A stretch of 64,000 nt of DNA. Origin: an uncultured bacterium (GTDB lineage: Bacteria > Acidobacteriota > Thermoanaerobaculia > Multivoradales > JAHZIX01). The translations under genes and the position numbers were made by a program. Shown here one piece after another: positions 16,175-26,200 of the stretch (position 1 is its first letter; the number at the start of each line of letters is the position of its first letter). Where the stretch lies: assembly GCA_965368975.1 (NCBI GenBank), contig CBDUPA010000019.1, forward strand, positions 1 to 64,000. Reading direction: 5' to 3'. The notes below the pieces were generated by a model, which was not told the origin of the DNA, did no database searches, and worked only from the letters and a program-made list of their open reading frames with translations.

Positions 16175-18583
16175 CTAGGTCACATCCAGGATCCGTTGCA
16201 GCTGGCGATCCAGCGCCAGCTTGGGATCCTCGATCTCATCGACACCCAGCGCGGCAGCTTCCCGCGCCAGGTACAGGTCGATCGCCGTCAACATCAGCCG
16301 TTCCCGGCGCGTCTGGCCGAGCAGATGGAAGCTGCGCAAGTCCCGTTGCAGGTCACGCAGGCGCTCGCTCTGCTCATCACTGCGCTGGTCGAGCGCCAGC
16401 AACTCGTAATACTCCTCCAGCAAACGCGCCGACTCGGGATCTTGCGTGCTCGACATCCCAAAATGCTCGGACGTCAACAACTGGTCGACGCGCAGCGCCT
16501 TCACCGGCGGCAGGTCTCGTACCTGCACGATCTGCTGCCGGCTATTGCGACGCAGCACCACAACGTCCCCGTCTTCCAGCCCACGCAAGCACAGCGGATC
16601 GTGCGTCGTGGCGAGAAATTGCACCGCCGGGAAGGCCTTGCGTAGGCTAGAGACGATCTGCATCTTCCACTTCGGATGCAGGTGCGAGCCGAGCTCGTCG
16701 AGCAGCACGATACCTTCAGCGACCGCCATGTCCGACCAGCGATCGAGCAAGATGGACATCACCTCCGCGGTCAACGCCACCACCGTCTGGTACCCATCGC
16801 TGAGCTGTGTCAACGACACCTCAGTGCCGAAGAGCTGAACGTCGATGCGCTCCTCGGCATGGTTCTGACGCAGATCGTCCTCGTCACCCAGGTTGAGCAA
16901 CGCCTTGAACGATGGCTTGAGGTTGTCGAACTCGGCCGCCTCCAACCCAAGCAACCAGCGCTGGGCGTCTTCGAGTGGCTGGAAGGGATCAAAGAGATTG
17001 TGTGCGCGGGCAAAGTCGGTACCGTAGGATCCGTCCGCTTGGTGCGGCGACGCACGCGGGCGCGGCAGCAAGCGGGTGGCGCCGTAGGCGAGCAGCAGAA
17101 CTTTGGGTTCTTGGGCGCCTTCGAAGGCTTCGCTGTCCTGGTGGAAGTCGAGCTGGATTGGCTCGTTCATGCCGGAGAGAAACACGCGCACGAAGCCGAT
17201 GCCGTCACTGCCCCGGCGCACGAAGTCGCGGGCGTCGAGGTCGAGCGATTCACGGTAGCGTCGCCCCACCAGCGCCAAGGCCACCGCTTGCAGTACCGAC
17301 GACTTGCCCGCCCCGTTCTCCCCCAGTAGCACCGTCCACGGCCCTTCGCGTCGCGGCAGCTCGATGTCCAGATGTTCGATGCCGCGGAAGTTGTGCAGCA
17401 CGACGCGCTCGACGGTGCGGCTGCGCTCGTAATAGCTCTCCTTCGCGCCGGGCGCCGTTTCGCCCGACTTCTGGTCGAGCGAGTAGCTCTGCTGCACCGC
17501 CTGGGCGACCGAGAAGTCCTCAGCGATCTTGGCTTGCTCGTCCAAGGGCACAAAGCGGGTGTGCGCGAAGATGTCAGGTTCTTCCTCGCCGTCGAGGTAG
17601 ACAGGCCCTCGGTCCACCGGAGCCTCGAAACTCACGGGCGGACCTCCGAGGCCACGCCGCCGGTCGTCGCGCTCTCCGGAGGCGTGCTCTCCGGAGAGGC
17701 TCTCTTCGAAAGTCCTGCGGCTGGGTTCTCCCCGTTTGGGGCCTCCACGGCCAGGTCCCAGGTGTTTAGGGCCTCCGCGGCTGGGGCCTCGCGTCGGTCG
17801 TCGGGGACTCCTGCCAGGTATCCCCAACTCATCGAGACTCGCTTCTTCCGAGAAGCGGCGCACCACCTGCCGGCACATTCCGGCAAATTCAGCCCTGTCA
17901 CTCAGCATCGGCTCGATCCGAGACCACAACCGCGGAGCCTCGGACGGCGGCAGACTCGCAAGCACCTCCAACCAACGGTTCAGCCGCACCGAAACTTCGC
18001 GCCGCGCATCTCGCAGCGGCTCTCGATTGAGGTCGAACAACTCGATCGTGATGCGGCCGGGCTCGGTGTCGCTGGTCACCAAGCCATCGTCGGTATAGAC
18101 CAGGTGCTCTTCCGGGTTGTCAACTTGCGCGCACGGATCGAGCAGCAGGGGCCGCTCTTCGTCCAGGGCCTTGCCGGTGGCCTCCGGCTCGCAACGAGAA
18201 CCCCTGATGGGAAAGCGGTTGCGCTTGGTGGAATTGCAGACCTGGCAAGCCAGGTAGAGGTTGGACCACTCCCCGCTCAACCACCAGTAGTGGAGTGGAA
18301 AGTGCTCACCGTGGAGGTTTACGGTGTTCTGCCTGGGCCGGAAGAGCTCGATGCTCTCTGATGGCAGCACCAGGATCGACTCACAGAAAGCACACTTTCC
18401 ATGGAAGAGTTCGCGCAGGGCCTGCTTGACCTCCGGGTGTCGGTAGGCGCTGAATTGGAACCGCTCCTGACCTGAACTGCCGGCTTCCGTCTGGAAGAAC
18501 TCGCGAGCACGTTCGCGCTCGCGAGACCAGATGTCCTCGAGCTCAGGAGGCGCCGCGACGCGGTTGCGGTTGACGTGAATCAT
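16175..18583 (-). CDS. Fusion of a degenerate HNH domain with an ABC-type ATPase (Septu PtuA-like)
   Basis: N-terminal FHGKCAFCE..IELFRPR..NLYLACQVCN; C-terminal Walker A GENGAGKS, signature LSDGYQ, Walker B VLLDE, D-loop HLHP, H-switch TTHDP. Start at ATG 18583 (MIHV aligns with MIQV of the HNH); alternative GTG 18610. Confidence 0.88.
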   Translation of the reverse strand: MIHVNRNRVAAPPELEDIWSRERERAREFFQTEAGSSGQERFQFSAYRHPEVKQALRELFHGKCAFCESILVLPSESIELFRPRQNTVNLHGEHFPLHYWWLSGEWSNLYLACQVCNSTKRNRFPIRGSRCEPEATGKALDEERPLLLDPCAQVDNPEEHLVYTDDGLVTSDTEPGRITIELFDLNREPLRDARREVSVRLNRWLEVLASLPPSEAPRLWSRIEPMLSDRAEFAGMCRQVVRRFSEEASLDELGIPGRSPRRPTRGPSRGGPKHLGPGRGGPKRGEPSRRTFEESLSGEHASGERDDRRRGLGGPPVSFEAPVDRGPVYLDGEEEPDIFAHTRFVPLDEQAKIAEDFSVAQAVQQSYSLDQKSGETAPGAKESYYERSRTVERVVLHNFRGIEHLDIELPRREGPWTVLLGENGAGKSSVLQAVALALVGRRYRESLDLDARDFVRRGSDGIGFVRVFLSGMNEPIQLDFHQDSEAFEGAQEPKVLLLAYGATRLLPRPRASPHQADGSYGTDFARAHNLFDPFQPLEDAQRWLLGLEAAEFDNLKPSFKALLNLGDEDDLRQNHAEERIDVQLFGTEVSLTQLSDGYQTVVALTAEVMSILLDRWSDMAVAEGIVLLDELGSHLHPKWKMQIVSSLRKAFPAVQFLATTHDPLCLRGLEDGDVVVLRRNSRQQIVQVRDLPPVKALRVDQLLTSEHFGMSSTQDPESARLLEEYYELLALDQRSDEQSERLRDLQRDLRSFHLLGQTRRERLMLTAIDLYLAREAAALGVDEIEDPKLALDRQLQRILDVT

Positions 18584-18698
18584 GGAGAATCCAGACCCGG
18601 CCAGACTCACTCTGGATGCAAGATACAGAACTCACTTCGATAAGCTGACCTTGAGACGTAGCTTACCAGACACCCAACTTTCCACCCCGCCGCACGGC

Positions 18699-19427
18699 TC
18701 AGTACCCCGCTGGACGCAACCTCCCCCCCATCAGGAAGTCGAGCAGCGTCAGACCGTCGTAGACCGGCAGCCGCAGCTCGTTGCGCACAGCCTGGCTGCA
18801 CGGCGGCAGTAGGGTGCACTCGCAGATGAAAGCGCCGACGTCGTCGTGGGCATCGAGGATCTTCTGGGCGGCACCGATCAAGTCCGCGGCCATGGCGGCT
18901 TCTCGTTCCGGTGTCAGTTCCTTGGTACGCAGGAATTCCAGCCACGACTCGCACTCGCCGATGCCCTCGACGGTGATCGGGATGTCGTTCTCGCTCCAGC
19001 CGCATTCCTGGTAGTGCCATTCGCCTAGATCGGGAGCAAAGAAAGTCAGGATACCGATGCGCTTGTCGGGCATCAGGCGGTGCAGGGTGGGTACCCACAG
19101 CAAGGGCGACATGGCCACCGGCACGTTGACGGCGTTGGACATGGCGCGCTGCAAGTGGATCATGCGGCCGTTGCAGTTCTCGGTGATGGCGATGGCGCCC
19201 TCGGCTTCGAGCTGCTTGGCAGCGGCAACGTAGTCGGCTTCCATGGCCATGGCGGCTTCCTGGCTGCCGGGGCCGGTGGCGCCTTTGACGGTGCGGTGGA
19301 CCACCGGATAGGGGAAGCTGAGCGGCGTGGCGATGGCGCCAGGGATCTTAGCCATGTTGCCATCGAGCAAGAGGATACCGAGGAAAGGCTCGCGCCCTTC
19401 CCCGGCTCCCGAAGTGCCTGTACCCAT
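18699..19427 (-). CDS. Asp/Glu racemase-superfamily protein, copy 2
   Basis: LGILLL..IPG..FPYPV; Cys pair ITENCNG and ICECTLLPP; LPVYD; clear paralog of 19431..20183, 3 bp downstream of it. Confidence 0.8.
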   Translation of the reverse strand: MGTGTSGAGEGREPFLGILLLDGNMAKIPGAIATPLSFPYPVVHRTVKGATGPGSQEAAMAMEADYVAAAKQLEAEGAIAITENCNGRMIHLQRAMSNAVNVPVAMSPLLWVPTLHRLMPDKRIGILTFFAPDLGEWHYQECGWSENDIPITVEGIGECESWLEFLRTKELTPEREAAMAADLIGAAQKILDAHDDVGAFICECTLLPPCSQAVRNELRLPVYDGLTLLDFLMGGRLRPAGY

Positions 19428-19430
19428 GGA

Positions 19431-20183
19431 TCAGGCTCCGACGGCGGCCAGCTGCGGTGCAACACCGCGGCCGAGGTCGGCGGGACGGTAGTAGCCGCTC
19501 ATGGTCAGGTCGAGCAGCGTCAGGATGTCGTAGACCGGCATGCGGACGGCCTCCCGCACGGCGGGTAGGCAGGTCGGCAGCATGGTGCACTCGGAGACGA
19601 AGCAGCCGATGTCCGGGTTCTCATCCAGCAGCCGCTTGGCGGAAGCAATCAGGTCAGCTTCGAGCTGTGGCCGCAAGGTATCGGGAATCTCCTTGGTCGC
19701 CAAGAACTCGAGCCAGGACTCACACTCACCGATACCTCCGAGAGCGATTGGGATTTCCTTCTCGCTCCAGCCCGAGGCGTTGTAGTTGCGCTCGCTGACG
19801 GCGTGCGTGTGGAAGGTGAGAATACCGATGCGCTTGTCGGGCATCATGCGGTGCAGCGACGGTACCAGCAGCAAACCAGAGGTGACGATCGGTACCTTGA
19901 CGGCAGCGGACAGCTCCTTGTGCAGCAGCGCGATCAGCCCGCAGTTGGCGGTCATGGCGCCGACGCCCTTGGCTTCGAGTTGCTTCGCGGCGTCGAGGTA
20001 GAGCGGCAGCATGTTCCAGGCGTCATCGGCGTAGGTCGGGGTCTTGGATCCCTTCACCGTGTGTCGAATGACCGGGTACGGCCAGGTATCGGGGCAGGCC
20101 ATGCAGCCGGGTTCGACGGACATCTTGCCTTCCAGCATCAGGATGCCCAGCGGCGGACGGTCGGTAGCGGTGATCGCGGTCAT
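19431..20183 (-). CDS. Asp/Glu racemase-superfamily protein, copy 1
   Basis: LGILML..PG..TWPYPV; Cys pair MTANCG and VSECTMLP; MPVYD; SD GAGGAG; 76 bp after the NRPS stop. Confidence 0.82.
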   Translation of the reverse strand: MTAITATDRPPLGILMLEGKMSVEPGCMACPDTWPYPVIRHTVKGSKTPTYADDAWNMLPLYLDAAKQLEAKGVGAMTANCGLIALLHKELSAAVKVPIVTSGLLLVPSLHRMMPDKRIGILTFHTHAVSERNYNASGWSEKEIPIALGGIGECESWLEFLATKEIPDTLRPQLEADLIASAKRLLDENPDIGCFVSECTMLPTCLPAVREAVRMPVYDILTLLDLTMSGYYRPADLGRGVAPQLAAVGA

Positions 20184-20259
20184 CGGTAGTTCTCCTCAAT
20201 TGAAGGTAGGTTCAACACAAGGTATTCATCTTCTCATGACTCGGTGAGTCTGTCCCTGC

Positions 20260-23200
20260 TCAAGACGCCTCGGTGTCCTCCGGCTGCAGGCTGGCGAGCA
20301 CGGGCTCCAAGGGGATGCCCTCGGCCTCGCACGCTTCGGTCAGCAGAGCCGCCAGCTGGTCGACGCGGGGGTTCTCGAAGAGTTCCACCACCGGCACTTC
20401 CAGCTCCAGCAGTTCCCCGAGCTGGAAGCACAGTTGCGTCGCCAGCATCGAGTGTCCACCGAGGTCGAAGAAGTGCCCTTCGGCGGACACCGAGTCCAAG
20501 CTCAGGAGGCGCGCGTAGAGCCCCGCCACCAAGCGTTCCGCTGGGGTCTCTGGTTTTCGAGCCTCGGCAGCTTCCAAACTCTCGGCCTCGGTCGACAAAG
20601 GCCGCGAGGCCAGGGCACGGCGGTCGAACTTGCCACTCGGAGTGCGCGGCAGCTCGTCGAGCGGGACATAGCGAGACGGCAGCATGTAGACGGGTAGGCT
20701 GCGCGCCAGGAGGGTCTGGAGCTGGCGCCCATCCGCCGTGCCGCAGATCCAGGCCACCAGCTGTCTGTCACGGTGCACCACGACGGCTTCGCTGACCTCC
20801 GGATGGGTCAGCAGCGCCGCTTCGATCTCGCCCGGCTCCACCCGGAAGCCGCGCACCTTGACCTGGTCGTCGACGCGGCCCAGGAACTCGAGGTCTCCAC
20901 TGGCCAGCCGGCGGACCAGGTCGCCGCTGCGGTAGACGCGCCTGCCGCCGTCGGCGACGAAGCGCTCCGCCGTCAAGGCAGCACGCCGCCAGTAGCCGAG
21001 GGCGACGCCGGCACCATCGATCCACAATTCGCCGGCAACCGCCAGCGGCACCAGAGCGCCGCGGGGATCGTGCACCGTCAGGCCGACGCCCTCCAGGGGA
21101 CGACCGAGCAACGACGGTGGCTCCTCTTGTGAGGGCACACGGTAGGCAGCGGCCAGAATGGTTCCTTCGGTGGGGCCGTAGAGCACCCAGGATTGCGCCC
21201 ACGGCCAGCACGCGCGTACCTGCCGCAGGAGCTCGGCCGGTACGCGGTCGCCGCCGACGAAGACGTGACGCAAGCCCAAGGGCACCACGCCCGTCGCCAT
21301 CGCGGCCTGCAGCACCTGGCCGAGCAGTGCTGGTACCGCGTGCAGACGGGTGAAGCGCGGCAATGCTTGCACCAGTGCGCCAACATCGAGCGTCGGCGTC
21401 AACGCCACGAGCTCCGCCGTCGCACCGGCCAGCAGCGGCGCCAGTAGCTCGAAGGCGAAGATGTCGAAAGACGCCTGCGCCAGCACCGGCATGCGCTCAC
21501 CGGGTGCGAAGTCGAAGCGCCGTTGTGCCGAGGCCAGGGTTGAGGCCAGGCCAGCGCGCCGTACCACGACCGCCTTCGGCTTGCCGGTGCTGCCGGAGGT
21601 GTAGATCAGATAGGCGGGCTGGGAAGCTTGTGCTTCTCCAGCCTGTCCCGCAGTGCGAGAAACTGGCCTTGGCTTGGCGGATTCCAGGTCCTCGAACATC
21701 AGGACCCGGGTCCTGCCGTTTCCTCCCGGCACCGTCTCCAAGGACTGAAGTGCAGAGTCTAGGCCGGTCGACTGGAACTCCGCCGCCACCGAGCGCTCGG
21801 TCAGCAGCAGATGTGCCGCGGCATCGCGCAGCAGGTAGGTCAAGCGCTCGGCGGGCAGCGAGGTATCGAGCGGCAGGTAAGCGACACCCGCCCGCAACGC
21901 CGCCAGAAGCCCCACGGCGAGACGGGGCGTGCGGTCGAGGGCCAGAACCAACAGGTGACTGTCCGTTGCGGGATCGGCAGGGCCATCCAGGTACTTCTCT
22001 AGGTTGGCCGCCAGATCAGCTGAACGCGCAGCCAGCGTGGCAAAACTCAGATGCTGGACGCCACTCACCACCGCCACGGCGTTGGGGCGCACAGCGACTT
22101 GTGCCTCGAAGGTGGCCAGGACGTCGGGAATGCGAGGAACACCGGGGATCTCGGTGCGCACGGAGCGCCGCGTAGCGTTCCACTCGTGGCGTAGCTGGTG
22201 CTCCTCGGCCGCATCGAGCCACGGTAGTTCGAGCGGTGCCCGGGTCGGCGTCGCGACGGCCGAGACCAGCAACCGCCGCCAGTGACGCGCCAGGCGTCGG
22301 GCCGTGGTGGCGTCGAAGAGATCCGACCTGAAGTTGAGCGTTCCGACCACCTCCGAGGACGGGGCCCCCTCGGATGGGGTCGTTTCTTGCAACGACCAGC
22401 TCAGCTCGAAGCGTGCCAGCTGTGACTCACCGCCGAGGCGACTCCAGCGCGCATCGGTGAGATCCAGCGTCTCGCGCGGCACATTCTGCAAAGCCAGCAT
22501 GACCTGGAAAAGCGGTGAGCGCGAAAGATCCCGCTCCGGCTCCAAGTCCTCTACCAGCCGGTCGAAGGGGATGTCTTGATGCTCGTAGGCCTCCAGCGTC
22601 CGCGCCTTGACCTGCTCCAGCAGGTCGCTGAAGCTAGCGGCTGCGGCGGGATCGGCACTCAGCACCAGCGTGTTGACGAACAGTCCGATCAAGGCTTCCA
22701 GGTCGACCTGGACCCGGCCGGCGATGGGAGTTCCGAGCGTGACGCTGCCTTCTTGCTCGGCCTCGTGGGTGCCGCTGGCATAACGCACGAGCAGGGTGTG
22801 CAGGCCGGCCTGCAAGATCATGAACAGCGTCGCGCCGTGCGCCGAGGCCAGCTGGCGCAAGCCGGCAACTTCAGCCGCTTGCAGCCTCACCGGCACGCTG
22901 GCCCCACGGTCGCCGCCCAGTGGCGGCCGTGGCCGGTCGGTCGGCAAGGCCAACTGCCGCGTACCTTGCAGGCGCTGGCGCCAGTAGGCCAGTTGACGCT
23001 GCATTTCGGCGCCGCCGTCGCGCTCCAACCAGGTCCGTTGCCAGGCCGCGTAGTCGGCATATTGCACCGGTAGCGGCGGCAGTTCCCGCGACACGCCGGT
23101 GCGGTGGACCTCGTACAAGCGGCTCAACTCGCGCGTCAGGATGCCTAGCGACCAGCCGTCACCGACGATGTGGTGCAGCGTCACCGCCAGCACCCATTCA

Positions 23201-26200
23201 GCTTTCGCGAGACGCAGGCGTAAGCCGCGCAGCAGCGGTCCGCGACCGAGGTCGAAGGGACGCCCCGCCTCGCGAGACAGAAGCCGGCGCAGCCACGCCT
23301 CGCGCACCTGCGGCGGCAGGCGTCCCAGGTCGACTTCGGGCCAGACTTCTTCGTCGCTCGCCGGCACGCGTTCGAGCACCACCTGGGAGGGCGAACCACC
23401 TTGCTCCACCAGACGGATCCGCAGGCTCTCATGCCGGTTGCGCAAGTCGGTGACCGCCGCCGCCAGGGCGCGCGGATGCAGGTCGCCGTGGATGCGCAGC
23501 GCGGTCGGCATGTTGTAGATCGCCGACCCGGGCCGCAGACGCTCCAGGAACCACATGCGTTGCTGCGCGTAGGACAGCGGCAAGGCCTGAGATTCACGGC
23601 GGCCGGGAACCCCCTGCCACACGCGCGGCTGCGCCGACACCGGCGGCGGCGAGGCTACTGGCGTCTCCTCGGCCTCTGCTTCGAGCTCCGCTTCCCGTGC
23701 CTCCAAGCGAGCGGCCATGGCGCGCACCGTCGGTGCCTGGAAGATCTCGGACACCGACACCACGAAGCTGAGTTCTTCGCTCAGGCGCGTGGTGACCTGG
23801 GTCGCGAGCAGAGAATGCCCGCCCAGGTCGAAGAAGTGGCTGTCGGCGAAGACCTCGGGCAGCTGCAGGATCTCCTGGAACACCTCGGCGACGAATTCCT
23901 CGGCTGGTGTCTCGAGCGGCGCGTTGCCGGTGACGATCTCCGGCTCGGGCAGGGCACGGCGATCCAGCTTGCCGCTGGCGGTCAGCGGTAGCGAGTCGAG
24001 GATCAGCACGCGTGCCGGCACCAGGTGCGCCGGCAGACGCTGCGCGAGCGCGTCGCGCAACCGGCTCTCGTCGACCTGCCCTTGCACCTCTTCCTGCGGG
24101 TGGGAGGCCGGCGCCTCCAGAACCACCCAGGCGATCAGACGATCCCGGCGCACCTGCACCACCGCCTGTGCGACCGCGGGCAGATCGGCGAGGGCGGCCT
24201 CGACTTCCCCGGGCTCGACGCGGAAGCCGCGCACCTTGACCTGCTGATCGGCACGACCCAGGAACTGCAACTCGCCATCGGACGTCCAGCGGGCCAGGTC
24301 ACCAGTGGCATAGAGGCGCTCACCCGCGCCGCCGCTGCACGAGTCCGGCAGGAAGCGCTCGGCGGTGAGTGCCGGACGCTGGTGATAAGACGAAGCCAGG
24401 CAACCACCTCCCAGGTACAACGGTGCGCTGGCGCCCAAGAGTGCCGGCTGCCAGCCGCTCGCGCCCTCCTGGCCCCTGCTCTCCTGACCGCTGGCCATAT
24501 ACCCCTGTAACAAGTAGACGCGGGCCCCGTCCACAGGTCGACCGATCGGCGGCAGCGTCGGCCAGGTCTCCGGGGCGCCGGAGAGCGTGTGCGCGGTCAC
24601 CACGTGGCTTTCCGACGGACCGTAGTGGTTCTCCAGCGTGCACTCGGGCAGGGCCTGGAACAAGGCCGCCACCTCGGCGGTGACCTGCAGCTGCTCGCCG
24701 GCGGTGATCAGCGAGCGCAGCGGCAAGGCGACCGCTGAACGGCCTCCACCTTCCGCCGCGCGGCGGGCTTCGGCGACAGCTACCTCGGCCAGCTGACGCA
24801 GCGCGACGAAGGGCAGGAACAGCCGTTCGACGCGCAGGCGGACGAGCCGCGGCAGCAGCGCCGCCGGATCTCGCCGCAGCTCCTCCTCCACCACCACCAG
24901 CGTGCCGCCAGCGCCCCAGGTGACGAACAACTCCTGGAAGGAGACGTCGAAGCTGAGCGGCGCGAAGTGCAGGGTCCGCAGCGGCTGGCGACTCTGCTTC
25001 GCGACGCTGCGCGGTCGCCCAGTCGAGCGGCGCAGCTGCCAGGCGAAGAGATCGGCGAGCACCGCGTGCGGCATAGTCACACCCTTGGGGGTGCCGGTGG
25101 AACCGGAGGTGTAGATCAGGTAGGCCGGGTGCCACGGGCTGATCGAGGTCTCGGTGGCTAGCGACTCAGGGGCTGCCGGTACCGGACCTGAAACCGGCCG
25201 CGACGGCTCCAGCTGAAGGCGCGGCAAGGCCTGTGCCCACGCGGCGTCGAGGACTTCCAGACCCGCGCTCGTGAGCAGCAGTCGGAGTCCCGAGTCCTGC
25301 GCCAGGAAGCGGAGGCGCTCGGCCGGATAGGACGGGTCCAGCGGTACACAGGTAGCACCCGCGCGCAGCACGCCGAGCACGGCGACGGCAGTACTCAACG
25401 AGCGGGGCAGGCAGATGCCGACCGCGTCGCCGGGGCGTACGCCCGCGGCTCCCAGCTGGGTCGCCAGAGTGGCGGATTGACGTTGCAGTTCGGCGTAACT
25501 GAGATGGCGCCGACCGTGCACGACCGCGATGGCCTCGGCGGCTCGCAGCACACCGGCGGCGAAGCAAGCCCCCAGGGTTCGCTCCTGCTTCGCTGCCGGG
25601 GGAACAGCTGGAGTGTGGTTCCACTCGCGCAGCAGCTGTGCCCGCTGGGGACGACTCAGCAGGCTCAGCTCGCCGAGCTGCTGCCGGGGATCTGCCGTCA
25701 CCGCCGCGAGCAGCTGCCGCAGGGCGGTGCTCACGCGCCGGACCGTCGTGGCGTCGAACAGGTCGCGGTTGTACTCCCAGCGTGCCACCAGCACATCCTC
25801 GCCGTCGACACTGCGCCGCCGACCGAGGAACAGCGACAGCTCGAACTTGGCGGTATCGCTGGTCAGCGGCATGGGCGTCAGCTCCAGCTCCGCCTCGTCG
25901 ACGCTGCTCTGTGTCTGCAGGTTCTGCAGCGCGAAGAAGGCCTGGAACAGCGGCGAACGACTCGGATCACGGCGCGGCTCCAACTCGTCGACGAGCTTCT
26001 CGAAGGGCAGGTCTTGGTGCGCGTAGGCATCCAGGCACACCGTGCGCACCGCCGCCAGCAGGTCCAGGAAGCTCAGCCCCGGCTGCGGCTCGGCACTCAG
26101 CACCAGCGTATTGACGAAGAAACCGATCAGATTCTCAGTGCCCAGGTGACCGCGACCGGCCACCGGCGTGCCAACGGGCACGTGGTAGCCACCGGTGCCG

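Noticed and set aside
15157-18698. Retron type I-A (RT + ncRNA + PtuAB)
   Set aside because: No RT ORF (no YADD-type motif) nearby, and the ~90-115-bp upstream gap shows no convincing msr/msd inverted repeats.
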